Source: Methanothermobacter thermautotrophicus str. Delta H
Lineage (GTDB): Archaea > Methanobacteriota > Methanobacteria > Methanobacteriales > Methanothermobacteraceae
NCBI RefSeq assembly: GCF_000008645.1
Contig: NC_000916.1
Coordinates: 1,200,001-1,232,000 of the forward strand
DNA: 32,000 bases
Direction: 5' to 3'
Within the stretch, counting starts at the first letter, position 1. Every line of letters begins with the position of its first letter. This document shows positions 9,087-18,551 of the stretch, piece by piece. A model generated the notes under the pieces. That model had not been told where the DNA came from, ran no database searches, and was given only the letters and a program-made list of their open reading frames with translations. A program made the position numbers and the translations under genes.

Positions 9087-11888
9087 GTGAAATGGATGAG
9101 GAGATTATTCATGGTTTCAGTTCTTTTCCTTCTGGCCATGCTTACTGGTTCAGTGGCAGCTGCAGACAACGCAACCTGCGAGGTTGGTGTCCTTGTCAGC
9201 TACCAGTACAGCGATGATAACGGTAGGATCAATCCGACCCTCGAAATCACGGATTCAGGTACAGGCATAGAATACAACCGGACCTACGACCCATCCAGTG
9301 GTTATACAAAGCTGATCTTCCAGCATTCAAACATAAGCGCGGCAAACCTTACACTGACTGTGAGGGCACCGGGCTACGTTACCGTCGAGAGAAGGTTAAA
9401 CCTCACACCGAACCCCATGGACCCCCGGCACACCGGGTACTATGCAAGCATAAACCTTGTTCTAAATGCAACCGAACCATACCGGATCGGTAGAGAGTTG
9501 ACAGAAAAAGCAGATAAGCTCCTGAACTTCACAGGGAAGGGAGAAGTTCTTGTTATAACAACAGCCGGCCTTGTGAAGTACCATAATATGACTACAGAGG
9601 ATGTCCTGGAGGGAATACTTAACAGGGGAGGTGGCCTGATAAGCTACGGCAGAGCTAACCTCCTTACAGTCCGAAAAACAGCCACAGATCCTCTGTGTAC
9701 GGCTTTCATAGTGAGGAAGGGTAACGATCTTCTCATGGCATTCTACAGGAACACCACACTGGTGTACCTTGGAACGGTGTCCCAGAACATGAGCTCTGCC
9801 CAGTGGAACAACCTTACATCAAAGCTGGGGGATGATGCCTTCCCCTTCGCAAGCCTTGCAAATGCATGGGCAGCTGGAGCACCAGCAGATCTGCTCAAAC
9901 AGGCCGCATTCCATGGACACATGTGCCTGGGTACCATAAGCGGATATGCCATGAGTAAAACCATCTACATGTACTATCCACCTATCCAGGACTGGTCCAC
10001 CGGTTCACCCATAGAGATAACCAGCTACGTCACCATAGGTGTTCCCGGCGGCTCAGACGATGATGCCCTCATACTTGCACTCGATAACACCCCCGGGAAG
10101 AGGTCATACCTCGGCTTCGATACAACCGGTGCCGGTGCAGAGGACAGTATGGTGGGCTTCATAAGGTGGAACTCAAGGACAAACACCGGTACCCTTGTGG
10201 TCATGAAGTTCGACCAGCAGGCACTCATAGATACCTACAAAAGGGAGACCGGAGTATCAATGGTTCAGGAACTCAAATTCAATGCCTGGCTCGTTAAAAA
10301 GGTCACAGAGAACCCTGCCTCCATTGTAACTATCGTTAAGGAACTCGACAACCTGACAGCCGACCAGTACTACTACCTGGCAGGAAGGGAGGTCAACTAC
10401 AACCAGGTAAATGAGACCCATGGACTGGACATGAACTACATAAACAGCCTCAATCTGCCAAACGCCACCAGGGCAAATGTGAATGCAACATGGAATCCTG
10501 TGAGCTATGCTGAGCTCCGTGAAATCGGTAGAAGGGCCGCTGAAATGGCTAAGGAGATATTCCTGGCTGAGAGAGGAATAAACCTTGAAAGGGACGATCT
10601 CAATGTAGCTGTCCTCACATCAGCCGGTTACGTCTACCTGAACGGCACCCCGACCGATGGCTGCTACGACGGAATATTCAGCGTTCTTGGTTCAAGGCTA
10701 AGCAGGAAAAACCTTCTGCCAGTCCACAGCCCATTCTACAAACCACTATGGTTCACCTTCGTCTTGAAGGGTGCTGATGGGAAAACACTGGACTCAGTGC
10801 ATATAACCTACAATCCACTGACAGGTGAACTGAGTGCCGGAGCAGGGCCGGATGGTTCACGGGTTAACGATATAGGTCCCGCAGCCCTCAATAACGCGAC
10901 AAGGGATAACGCCAATTCCGCGATATTCGGTAGCTCCTACTTCAGCATTGAGAGCATAGCCAATGCCTGGAAGTACAGCATCCCCTATGACCAGCTGGTA
11001 ACCTTCCTGTTCCACAACCATGTCTGTCCGGGTGTCCAGCCAGGATTCTTCATCACCGAGTACGCCCTTGAGAACTATCCACTTGCAGCCGGCCAGCAGT
11101 ATCAGTGGTTCGGGACAAGCATATACTGCAAGGATGACGCCCTCCTCTACCTCATGGGTGTTAGTCCCGGTACCGGGACCTACTTCGCCAAGAGGGTCCT
11201 CCAGGAGGAACTCGAATCCCCGATGGTACCCGGTGGAAGTGAAGAGGGAATACTCATAGTCTGGGATCCAGTTAAGAAGGTTGGTAAGGCTGTGATGATA
11301 AGCTTCAGGTGGCCAGAGTTCGACCTCAGCGACTGCACCACAAGGAACGCCATGTTCGAGAAGTGGGCTGCCGCCTTTATAATGCTCTACAGTGGCCAAA
11401 CACCATCCTACATGACGTCCCCAATGGTCCTCACAAAGGAGGTTGAGAAGTGGATAACCGAGGACGAACTCAGGGTGATACAGAGCGGTGCAAACGGTAA
11501 CCCCCTGGCATACCTGCGTTCAATACCTGCACGAAACCTTGAGGACCTTATACCTGTGAACAACGGTGGAACACCAGTTAACACAGGAGGAAACCAGGGA
11601 GGTTCCCATGGTGGTTCAACTGGAGGTGTTCCTTCAGGTTCAGCTTTCACAGGACATGCAGGTTATTCACCGGGTGTGGATACTGCGGCTTCACCTGCAG
11701 AGGTGGGCGCTGCATCCTCAGTGTCAGAGGAGCCTGCATCAGCCCCTGCAAAGGCCTATGAGGTTAAGAATGTGACCTCAGGTGCCAGGGGCGGTGACTC
11801 CTCATGGTACGTCTACGGTATCGTGGGTGTCCTTGTTGCCGCTGGTCTTGTGGCCTTCGGATTCCTCAGGGGCGGAGCAGGAAAATAA
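9087..11888 (+). CDS. Large secreted, C-terminally membrane-anchored protein with two FmdE-like motifs
   Basis: 933 aa; signal peptide MRRLFMVSVLFLLAMLTGSVAA; FHGHMCLGTISGYAM and FLFHNHVCPGVQPGFF; Ser/Gly-rich stalk; C-terminal TM YVYGIVGVLVAAGLVAFGFL; strong RBS GGGAGGTGA. Confidence 0.85.
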   Translation: MKWMRRLFMVSVLFLLAMLTGSVAAADNATCEVGVLVSYQYSDDNGRINPTLEITDSGTGIEYNRTYDPSSGYTKLIFQHSNISAANLTLTVRAPGYVTVERRLNLTPNPMDPRHTGYYASINLVLNATEPYRIGRELTEKADKLLNFTGKGEVLVITTAGLVKYHNMTTEDVLEGILNRGGGLISYGRANLLTVRKTATDPLCTAFIVRKGNDLLMAFYRNTTLVYLGTVSQNMSSAQWNNLTSKLGDDAFPFASLANAWAAGAPADLLKQAAFHGHMCLGTISGYAMSKTIYMYYPPIQDWSTGSPIEITSYVTIGVPGGSDDDALILALDNTPGKRSYLGFDTTGAGAEDSMVGFIRWNSRTNTGTLVVMKFDQQALIDTYKRETGVSMVQELKFNAWLVKKVTENPASIVTIVKELDNLTADQYYYLAGREVNYNQVNETHGLDMNYINSLNLPNATRANVNATWNPVSYAELREIGRRAAEMAKEIFLAERGINLERDDLNVAVLTSAGYVYLNGTPTDGCYDGIFSVLGSRLSRKNLLPVHSPFYKPLWFTFVLKGADGKTLDSVHITYNPLTGELSAGAGPDGSRVNDIGPAALNNATRDNANSAIFGSSYFSIESIANAWKYSIPYDQLVTFLFHNHVCPGVQPGFFITEYALENYPLAAGQQYQWFGTSIYCKDDALLYLMGVSPGTGTYFAKRVLQEELESPMVPGGSEEGILIVWDPVKKVGKAVMISFRWPEFDLSDCTTRNAMFEKWAAAFIMLYSGQTPSYMTSPMVLTKEVEKWITEDELRVIQSGANGNPLAYLRSIPARNLEDLIPVNNGGTPVNTGGNQGGSHGGSTGGVPSGSAFTGHAGYSPGVDTAASPAEVGAASSVSEEPASAPAKAYEVKNVTSGARGGDSSWYVYGIVGVLVAAGLVAFGFLRGGAGK

Positions 11889-11897
11889 ACCCCAAAA

Positions 11898-11909
11898 TTT
11901 TTTCTTTTT
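11898..11909 (+). terminator. Archaeal T-rich terminator
   Basis: Run TTTTTTCTTTTT immediately after the 933-aa CDS. Confidence 0.5.
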
Positions 11910-12083
11910 GATGCTGTACAGGAGCAGAGAATGTGAAATAACTGAGGGTAGAAATTAAGAGTCTTCGAAGCTTATCTGGAGTATCTCAATAAGTTCTATG
12001 GATATACAGAAAAAATTCTGGATCTCTCCTCAGTGTGTCGCCGATACAAAGGAGATCTGCCAGATTGTTAGCATTCAGGACTC

Positions 12084-13838
12084 TCACTCATTTACTATGG
12101 CCTCCTTGAAGAACTCTGGCAGAAGTGACCTGTAGAGGGGGCTTCTGAATATCATCTCTATGTTACCGTCAAGGATGTAGGTGTAGCAGGAGTCATCATG
12201 GGCCCTCATTCCACGCCCATAGGCCTGCATGAGGGTCATTATGGTTTTGTAGGCGTACCACCTCTGATCCATCCTCTGCCTCCGGTTAACCTGCTTATCA
12301 CCCAGGTAGGGGAATGGTATCTTGTAGATCACCTGGAAGCGGCACTTGTCATAGGGTAGATCAACACCCTCACTCATGGATGGGCTTACAAGCACCAGGG
12401 GCTCGTCGGACTCCTCAAAGTACCTCAGCACCGCCTCCCTGTTGGATGCCTTATGGTCGATGAGCCTCCTGCTGGGTATATTATCCATTATGAAGCGCTG
12501 GCAGCGATAGTTGTGGGTGTGTATGAGTCCCTTATCGTTTTTATGCCTCTCAAGGATCCTGTTAAGGATGGGTATGGTCTCGGGGGCCGTGTGCCTTATC
12601 CTGTTGCGGGACATCTTCCCTGCGATCTTCAGTTCTATGGGCCTTCTGGATGCAGGGAACGGACTGTCAACCCTTACAAAGTATGCATCCCCTGGATTTA
12701 TGCCGAGCCACTGGCAGAAGAGCCTCTCACTGAGTATGGTGGCGCTCATGAATAGGCAGACCTCAGAGTAGGAGAAGAGCCTGTCATGTGCATAGTGATG
12801 TACCCTCAGGGGCTTGAAGGAGACAGAGTCATCATCGGCGTCGATGACCCAGTTCTTTGGTTCATCCTCCAGACTCATCCTGAGCTCCGAGAGCCTCTTT
12901 ATGGTCCTCTTTATCCTGTCCCTTCTCCTTCTTGACATTGAATCCAGTTCAAGGTCACTGTAGTGGTCTGCTATTGCCTCAATCTGGAGCACCCATTCAG
13001 CCGGGTCATCCTCCCGGAGCATCGATGGGGGTATTGTTCTTCTGATATCCTTGCTGAGGCGTTTGTTTGATATGGTTACTTCGAGCCTCCTCATGAGCTT
13101 GTCCTCGATGTTGTGAGCCTCATCCAGTATCATGAGGTTTCTCCGGTCGAAGTGACCGACGTAGTTGAGTTCAAGGAATGCATAGTCATAGTTCATGAGG
13201 GTTATAGGGCTGTTTATGGCCTCTGCCTTCTGTTCCCAGTACTGGCAGTGCTCAGCTGTCTTGAAGAATACCCTGTTACCATAGGAGTCCTGGAAGGCCT
13301 CCTCTCCAAGGAGCGTCTCCCCCCTCACAACACCGTAGGGGCACTGGAACTTCTCTGATGAGGGCAGTGTCTGGCATGTCCCCATGTCACAGGTTGACTC
13401 CAGGTTGTCGTTGAGGCAGAAGAAGTTACTCCTCCCCTTGACGACGGGAAACCCGAATTCCCTGGCATACTGGTCCTGGAGCTGTTTGGTCATGGTGAGG
13501 ATGTAGGCTGGCTGGTAGATACCTGCGAGGGTACAGGCTATTGCTGATTTGCCTGTGCCTGTGCCGGCCTCAAGTATAACGTACCTGTAACCTTCCTCGA
13601 TTGCCTGGTAGATGTCGTTTATTATGTCAAGCTGTCCCGGTCTTGGCTGTGGAAAGGGGAAGTTCTCTATGATCTCCGGGGGTATGTGGGGATACCTCCT
13701 CTGGAGGTCTTCGTTGAGGGTGTCTGATTTCTCAGGAGGCCTTATAATGTTTCTGAAGAACGAAAGACGCCCCTTGCCCTTGCATGTGCAGTTATCCCTC
13801 ATCATTCCACAGTCTGGACAGAAGAGTGGGTTTTCCAT
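12084..13838 (-). CDS. XPD/DinG-like superfamily 2 DNA helicase
   Basis: 584 aa; Walker A EAGTGTGKSA, LDEAHNIED box, SPSMSEGVDLPYD, motif VI QAYGRGMRA; four internal Cys around CLNDNLESTCDMGTC...CPYG suggest an Fe-S cluster. Confidence 0.9.
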   Translation of the reverse strand: MENPLFCPDCGMMRDNCTCKGKGRLSFFRNIIRPPEKSDTLNEDLQRRYPHIPPEIIENFPFPQPRPGQLDIINDIYQAIEEGYRYVILEAGTGTGKSAIACTLAGIYQPAYILTMTKQLQDQYAREFGFPVVKGRSNFFCLNDNLESTCDMGTCQTLPSSEKFQCPYGVVRGETLLGEEAFQDSYGNRVFFKTAEHCQYWEQKAEAINSPITLMNYDYAFLELNYVGHFDRRNLMILDEAHNIEDKLMRRLEVTISNKRLSKDIRRTIPPSMLREDDPAEWVLQIEAIADHYSDLELDSMSRRRRDRIKRTIKRLSELRMSLEDEPKNWVIDADDDSVSFKPLRVHHYAHDRLFSYSEVCLFMSATILSERLFCQWLGINPGDAYFVRVDSPFPASRRPIELKIAGKMSRNRIRHTAPETIPILNRILERHKNDKGLIHTHNYRCQRFIMDNIPSRRLIDHKASNREAVLRYFEESDEPLVLVSPSMSEGVDLPYDKCRFQVIYKIPFPYLGDKQVNRRQRMDQRWYAYKTIMTLMQAYGRGMRAHDDSCYTYILDGNIEMIFRSPLYRSLLPEFFKEAIVNE

Positions 13839-13977
13839 GGACCTATTTAAGGGGGTGGAACTATATAAGTTTAGAGAGTGCCACAGAAAAATAATGATAA
13901 TAAAGGCGGGTCTGGATATTTCCAGAGAAGGATGACCAGACCATCATCATGTCTACAGAGTTATTAAAGGTGTTCTA

Positions 13978-14676
13978 ATGCATGGAAAACTCATCGGTGT
14001 GGGTGTGGGTCCCGGGGACAGTGAACTTCTGACCCTCAGGGCTGTGAATGTACTCAGATCTGTTCCAGTTATATGCGCACCCCGTTCATCATCTGAGAGG
14101 GAGAGCATAGCCCTCTCAATCGTTGAAGATATCCTCACTGAACGCAGGGACGGCTGCAGAATACTTGACCCTGTGTTTCCAATGACTGATGACCGGGATG
14201 AACTTGAAAGTCACTGGGATTCTGCGGCCAGAATGGTTGCAGCTGAACTTGAGGATGGACGGGATGTTGCCTTCATAACACTGGGTGATCCATCCATCTA
14301 CAGTACCTTCAGTTACCTCCAGCAGCGCATTGAGGATATGGGCTTTAAGACAGAGATGGTGCCAGGAGTCACCTCCTTCACGGCATGTGCAGCCACCGCT
14401 GGCAGAACCCTCGTTGAGGGTGATGAGATCCTCCTTGTGGTGCCCCGGGTTGATGATCGGTTTGAGAGGGTGCTCAGGGATGTGGATGCCTGTGTGATCA
14501 TGAAGACGTCACGCCATGGCAGGAGGGCCATGGAGGTTGTGGAGTCTGATCCCCGCGGAAAGGATGTTGTATCTGTGGCAAACTGCAGCATGGATGACGA
14601 GGTCGTTGAAAGGGGATTTGCCTCCGGTGGAGGGTATCTTGCAACAACCCTTGTGAGGTTCAGGGAGCAATCCTGA
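13978..14676 (+). CDS. Precorrin-2/cobalt-factor II C20-methyltransferase
   Basis: 232 aa; GVGVGPGDSELLTLRAV, VAFITLGDPSIYSTFSYL, VPGVTSFTACAA typical of CobI/CbiL. Confidence 0.93.
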   Translation: MHGKLIGVGVGPGDSELLTLRAVNVLRSVPVICAPRSSSERESIALSIVEDILTERRDGCRILDPVFPMTDDRDELESHWDSAARMVAAELEDGRDVAFITLGDPSIYSTFSYLQQRIEDMGFKTEMVPGVTSFTACAATAGRTLVEGDEILLVVPRVDDRFERVLRDVDACVIMKTSRHGRRAMEVVESDPRGKDVVSVANCSMDDEVVERGFASGGGYLATTLVRFREQS

Positions 14677-14707
14677 AGCAACACCTCTATATATAAACCA
14701 AAAAAAA

Positions 14708-15463
14708 TCAGCTTTCAGGAACAATCCTGAAGGAGCACCTTCCATCACCACGGGCATAACATTCCGTCTCCTCCACAATGACATCACCCTTGAAATGACG
14801 GCTGAATACCGCCTCAAGTATCCCTGAGTCCAGTGCACAGGCAGATTCACCTATCTGGTGGAGTAGTCCGCATTCAAAGCATTCATAGGCCCTGATCACC
14901 AGGGGATCTGTGCTCTCCACCTCAAGGACTCCCAGGCGGTTTATCATCCAGAACCTCCTGAGATTTTCAAGGAGATCCCCAAGTTCCTCCGATGCTATCC
15001 TCGGGTATATTACCTCCCCTATTCTTTTTCCTGCCTCATGGCGGACAGGGTCTATGTTTATGCCCTCCTTTATGAGTTCAACCCTCAGGACATGGAACAT
15101 CAGTCTGAAGAATTCAAGGGGGTCACCCCTCTCTGTGAGGTGCTCTGCAAGGAATTCTGTTTTTTCCTCATCCAGTTCATCGATCCTCTTCCTTGTGAGT
15201 TTACCAAGGTACCTTGAGTTTATCTCGAAGAGTTTTCTTCTCCTGTCTTCAGGATCCGGCATTTCAACTATGAGGCCCGCTTTCCTGAGGTCTGAGAGGT
15301 GTTTTGATACTGTGGACTTGGATTTATCTGTGATTCTGACTATTTCCTGGAAGCTGAGTGCTCCCTTTTTAAGTTCGGAGAGTATGAGCGACTTGACAGT
15401 GCTTTCTATTACCTCGATTCCAGTTTCGGTTGAGAATATCGTGAAATTATGTCTCCTCTTCAT
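14708..15463 (-). CDS. msvR: MsvR-type regulator: winged HTH + V4R domain
   Basis: 251 aa; HTH FQEIVRITDKSKSTVSKHLSDLRKAGLI; C-terminal V4R YECFECGLLHQIGESACALDSGILEAVF...CYARGDGRCSF; divergent from F420H2 oxidase as known for MsvR in Methanothermobacter. Confidence 0.88.
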   Translation of the reverse strand: MKRRHNFTIFSTETGIEVIESTVKSLILSELKKGALSFQEIVRITDKSKSTVSKHLSDLRKAGLIVEMPDPEDRRRKLFEINSRYLGKLTRKRIDELDEEKTEFLAEHLTERGDPLEFFRLMFHVLRVELIKEGINIDPVRHEAGKRIGEVIYPRIASEELGDLLENLRRFWMINRLGVLEVESTDPLVIRAYECFECGLLHQIGESACALDSGILEAVFSRHFKGDVIVEETECYARGDGRCSFRIVPES

Positions 15464-15531
15464 TGGCCCATGTTATGTCTGAAGGACTATATTACTGTTT
15501 CAATACCATGGAACAGAAAAAATTATATAGA

Positions 15532-15569
15532 AGTTCGTATAGTATAGTACATTCGATGATATACGAACT
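15532..15569. promoter_or_regulatory. Candidate MsvR operator: AGTTCGTAT-N20-ATACGAACT
   Basis: Perfect 9-bp inverted repeat, immediately downstream of TATA-like AATTATATAG (15521-15530) and upstream of fprA. Confidence 0.75.
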
Positions 15570-15586
15570 AAATGTGTGGTGATATA

Positions 15587-16801
15587 ATGAAGGCCAGAGC
15601 AGAGAAGATAGCAGATGGATTATACTGGACTGGTGTCCTTGACTGGGACATCAGAAACTACCACGGATACACACTTCAGGGGACAACCTACAACGCCTAC
15701 CTTGTATTCGGAGATGAAGGTGTGGCGCTGATTGACAACTCATATCCAGGGACCTTCCAGGAGCTCATGGCAAGGATGGAGGATGCATTCAACCGTGAGG
15801 GAAGAGAGATGAGAGTGGACTTCATAGTCCAGAACCATGTTGAAAGGGACCACAGCGGAGTGCTGGTGGAACTTCACAGGAGGTTCCCTGAGGCAGAGAT
15901 CCACTGCACAGAAGTTGCCGTGGAGGGACTGCTCAAGCATTACCCGGCCCTTGAGGGCACAGAGTTCCGCACAGTGAAGACCGGGGATTCCATCGACCTC
16001 GGAGGAAGGACCCTCACCTTCCTTGAGGCACCCCTGCTCCACTGGCCAGACAGCATGTTCACCTTCCTTGATACCGGCATACTGTTCTCAAACGACGCCT
16101 TTGGACAGCACCTCTGCTATCCACAGCGCCTCGACACCGAAATACCCGAATACATACTCATGGATGCTGCCAAAAAATTCTATGCGAACCTCATAACACC
16201 CCTATCAAAGCTTGTGCTCAGGAAGTTCGATGAGGTGAAGGAACTCGGCCTCCTTGATAAGATAGGGATGATAGCGCCCTCCCATGGCCAGATATGGACC
16301 GAACCCATGAAGATAATAGAAGCATACACCGCCTGGGCCACAGGTAAGGTGAAGAAGAAGGTCACCGTAATCTATGATACGATGCACCACTCCACAGCCA
16401 TGATGGCCCATGCAATAGCAGAGGGGGCCATGAGCGAGGGGGCTGATGTGAGGGTCTACTACCTCCATGAGGACGACCGCAGCGAGATCGTGAAGGACAT
16501 ACTTGACAGTCACGCCATTGCCCTCGGAGCACCCGCAATCTACGATGAACCCTACCCGAGCGTTGGAGACCTCCTGATGTACCTCCGTGGTCTGAAGTTC
16601 AACAGGACCGGGCAGAGGAGGGCCATGGTATTCGGGTCAATGGGTGGCAGGGGAGGTGCCACCGGGACCATGCAGAAACTCCTTGCGGATGCTGGATTCG
16701 ATGTCATGGAGGCGGATGAAATCTACTACGTCCCGAACAATGAGGAACTCGATGCATGCTTCGAGGCTGGAAGAAGGCTTGCAGGTGATCTCAATGAATG
16801 A
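15587..16801 (+). CDS. fprA: F420H2 oxidase (flavodiiron protein)
   Basis: [43 protein letters not shown] diiron ligands, flavodoxin segment [20 protein letters not shown]; ATG at 15587 preceded by GGTGAT; tracked ORF opens at 15572. Confidence 0.95.
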   Translation: MKARAEKIADGLYWTGVLDWDIRNYHGYTLQGTTYNAYLVFGDEGVALIDNSYPGTFQELMARMEDAFNREGREMRVDFIVQNHVERDHSGVLVELHRRFPEAEIHCTEVAVEGLLKHYPALEGTEFRTVKTGDSIDLGGRTLTFLEAPLLHWPDSMFTFLDTGILFSNDAFGQHLCYPQRLDTEIPEYILMDAAKKFYANLITPLSKLVLRKFDEVKELGLLDKIGMIAPSHGQIWTEPMKIIEAYTAWATGKVKKKVTVIYDTMHHSTAMMAHAIAEGAMSEGADVRVYYLHEDDRSEIVKDILDSHAIALGAPAIYDEPYPSVGDLLMYLRGLKFNRTGQRRAMVFGSMGGRGGATGTMQKLLADAGFDVMEADEIYYVPNNEELDACFEAGRRLAGDLNE

Positions 16802-17207
16802 AAACATCACCGGTGTCTGCAGGGGCACCGAACTTGAGAATGTTGTGGATGCAAACTTCAGGGGAGAGTGCAGTGAGGTCGGTATCTACCTTGCAATGGC
16901 AAGACAGGCCCAGCGTGAGGGCCTCCCCGAGGTTGCAGAGGCCTTAAGAAGAATAGCCCTTGAGGAAGCTGCCCATGCAGCCCGCTTTGCAGAGCTAAAC
17001 GGTGTGATCAGGGAAAACCTCAGGGAAAACCTTGAGATGATGCTTGAGGGGGAGGAGGCGGCTAACAGGGAGAAACGTGAGGCAGCCCTCAGGGCAAGGG
17101 AATGCGGTGTTGATGAGGCCCATGACTTCTTTGATGAGAGCTCAAGGGACGAGGGAAGGCATGCTGCCATGCTGAGGGGACTCCTCCAGAGGTACTTCCA
17201 GGGATAA
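16794..17207 (+). CDS. Rubrerythrin-like ferritin-fold diiron protein
   Basis: [18 protein letters not shown]...[12 protein letters not shown]...[13 protein letters not shown] Glu/His pattern; overlaps fprA stop by 8 nt. Confidence 0.88.
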   Translation: MNENITGVCRGTELENVVDANFRGECSEVGIYLAMARQAQREGLPEVAEALRRIALEEAAHAARFAELNGVIRENLRENLEMMLEGEEAANREKREAALRARECGVDEAHDFFDESSRDEGRHAAMLRGLLQRYFQG

Positions 17208-17209
17208 CC

Positions 17210-17743
17210 ATGAAGATCTGCAGAATATGCGGCTATCAGATCCCAGAAGGTGAATTCAACCTGCTGGAGGATGGCTGGGTGTGTCCCCGGTGTGGTGTTG
17301 GGAAGGAGGAACTCCAGGATTCCGCCGAGCCCCTGGGGGGTCGGGACCCCCTCATGCTTATTTTCAGGGCCATGACTGTGGGGCTCTGGAGGGTTCTGGG
17401 TAATGGATCCCAGGGAGTTACAAGGGAGATGGGGTCTGTGATTGCAGACAACATCAGGCACGGGGATGATCCCCTGAAATCAGCCGCAGACTACTTCATC
17501 GAACATGGATTTGCAGCGTCCATCAGCACAGACACTGAAAACTTTGCCCTCAATGTTAAAAACTGCAGTTTCTATGGATTCTGTTGTTCACTGGAGGAGG
17601 ATGGGGTGCTTTTATCAACCTGCCCCTATGCAAACACGGCCGCTGCAGTCCTTGAAAGGACCACGGGATACAGGTACCGTATAAAACGAAATAAGGGGGA
17701 CCATGGACACATCATTGAATTTTCACGGATATCAAAAAAATAG
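17210..17743 (+). CDS. Rubredoxin domain fused to a Cys-rich (methanogen output domain-like) C-terminal domain
   Basis: 177 aa; CRICGYQIPEG...WVCPRCGVGK rubredoxin knuckles; C-terminal NCSFYGFCC...TCPYAN. Confidence 0.75.
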   Translation: MKICRICGYQIPEGEFNLLEDGWVCPRCGVGKEELQDSAEPLGGRDPLMLIFRAMTVGLWRVLGNGSQGVTREMGSVIADNIRHGDDPLKSAADYFIEHGFAASISTDTENFALNVKNCSFYGFCCSLEEDGVLLSTCPYANTAAAVLERTTGYRYRIKRNKGDHGHIIEFSRISKK

Positions 17744-17793
17744 GTAGGGTTCCGAGATTAACTTCACAACGGTGCCACCGAAGCCCCTCTGAT

Positions 17794-18546
17794 TCAGAAA
17801 TCAGCATAGGGTCTCTCCATACCCGCACGCTTCAGTATATCCTCCGCATGTTTGAGGGACCCGTCGCTGCCATCAACCAGGAGGTGGACGGCTCCCTCAG
17901 CCCCCTGGACGCCTCCAGCTGCAACAGGCTCTGCATCCACACCCGCCAGAAGCCTGAGGGCGTCCACCTCTGTGAAGACCTCGCCGGGTACAGGTAACAT
18001 TCCGGGACCCTCAGTGCCGGCTGAATTCATTCGGAGCGCTGTACTGTAAAGGTCGCCTGGTATCATCTTTTCAAGTCCAACCGGGACTATGAGCTCTGTT
18101 TTCCTGCCAGCAGCTGCCTGAAGTGCTGGAAACACTGTGCCGCCCATGGGGTGACCTATGTAGACCGCTGCCCTCCCTGAGCTGTATTCAAGGGCATTGG
18201 CTCCCTTGAGTATCAGGTCCCCCCTTCCAAGTTCATCTGCCACATCAAAGATTGTAATTCCACGATCCCATCTGCCCCTGCGGATTACCACATCACCCAG
18301 GAATTCATGGCCGGTACCATCCGCCCTGAAATAGGGGGGCCTTATGATTCCCCTGTGAAATCCGCGACGGTCAAAACCGTCCTCTCCCAGCTGTCCAAGG
18401 ATCTCCTCTGCTATGTAACCATTGGTTGTCCCGGCGATTATGACCAGGGTGCCCCCCTCAAGCACCCTCCTGATGGATGGATGTTCAAGCATTCCCCATG
18501 CAATTAGACGTTTACCCGCCGCTGGGGTCACCAGGAACTGTTTCAT
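17794..18546 (-). CDS. Conserved hypothetical protein (likely translationally coupled to downstream-of-nox)
   Basis: ~250 aa; KRLIAWGMLEHPSIRRVLEGGTLVIIAGTTNGYIAEEIL...YIGHPMGGTVFPALQAA; stop/start overlap with the FAD oxidoreductase gene; tracked ORF opens at 18555. Confidence 0.75.
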   Translation of the reverse strand: MKQFLVTPAAGKRLIAWGMLEHPSIRRVLEGGTLVIIAGTTNGYIAEEILGQLGEDGFDRRGFHRGIIRPPYFRADGTGHEFLGDVVIRRGRWDRGITIFDVADELGRGDLILKGANALEYSSGRAAVYIGHPMGGTVFPALQAAAGRKTELIVPVGLEKMIPGDLYSTALRMNSAGTEGPGMLPVPGEVFTEVDALRLLAGVDAEPVAAGGVQGAEGAVHLLVDGSDGSLKHAEDILKRAGMERPYADF

Positions 18547-18551
18547 CTCAA

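Noticed and set aside
11930-12083. Possible coding remnant between the FmdE-like surface gene and helicase
   Set aside because: Short open stretch (MDIQKKFWISPQCVADTKE...) has no RBS or recognisable domain; treated as intergenic.
14910-15482. 190-aa plus-strand ORF
   Set aside because: Antisense to msvR; serine-rich shadow translation with no domain features.
16886-17461. 191-aa minus-strand ORF
   Set aside because: Antisense to rubrerythrin and rubredoxin-fusion genes; no motif.
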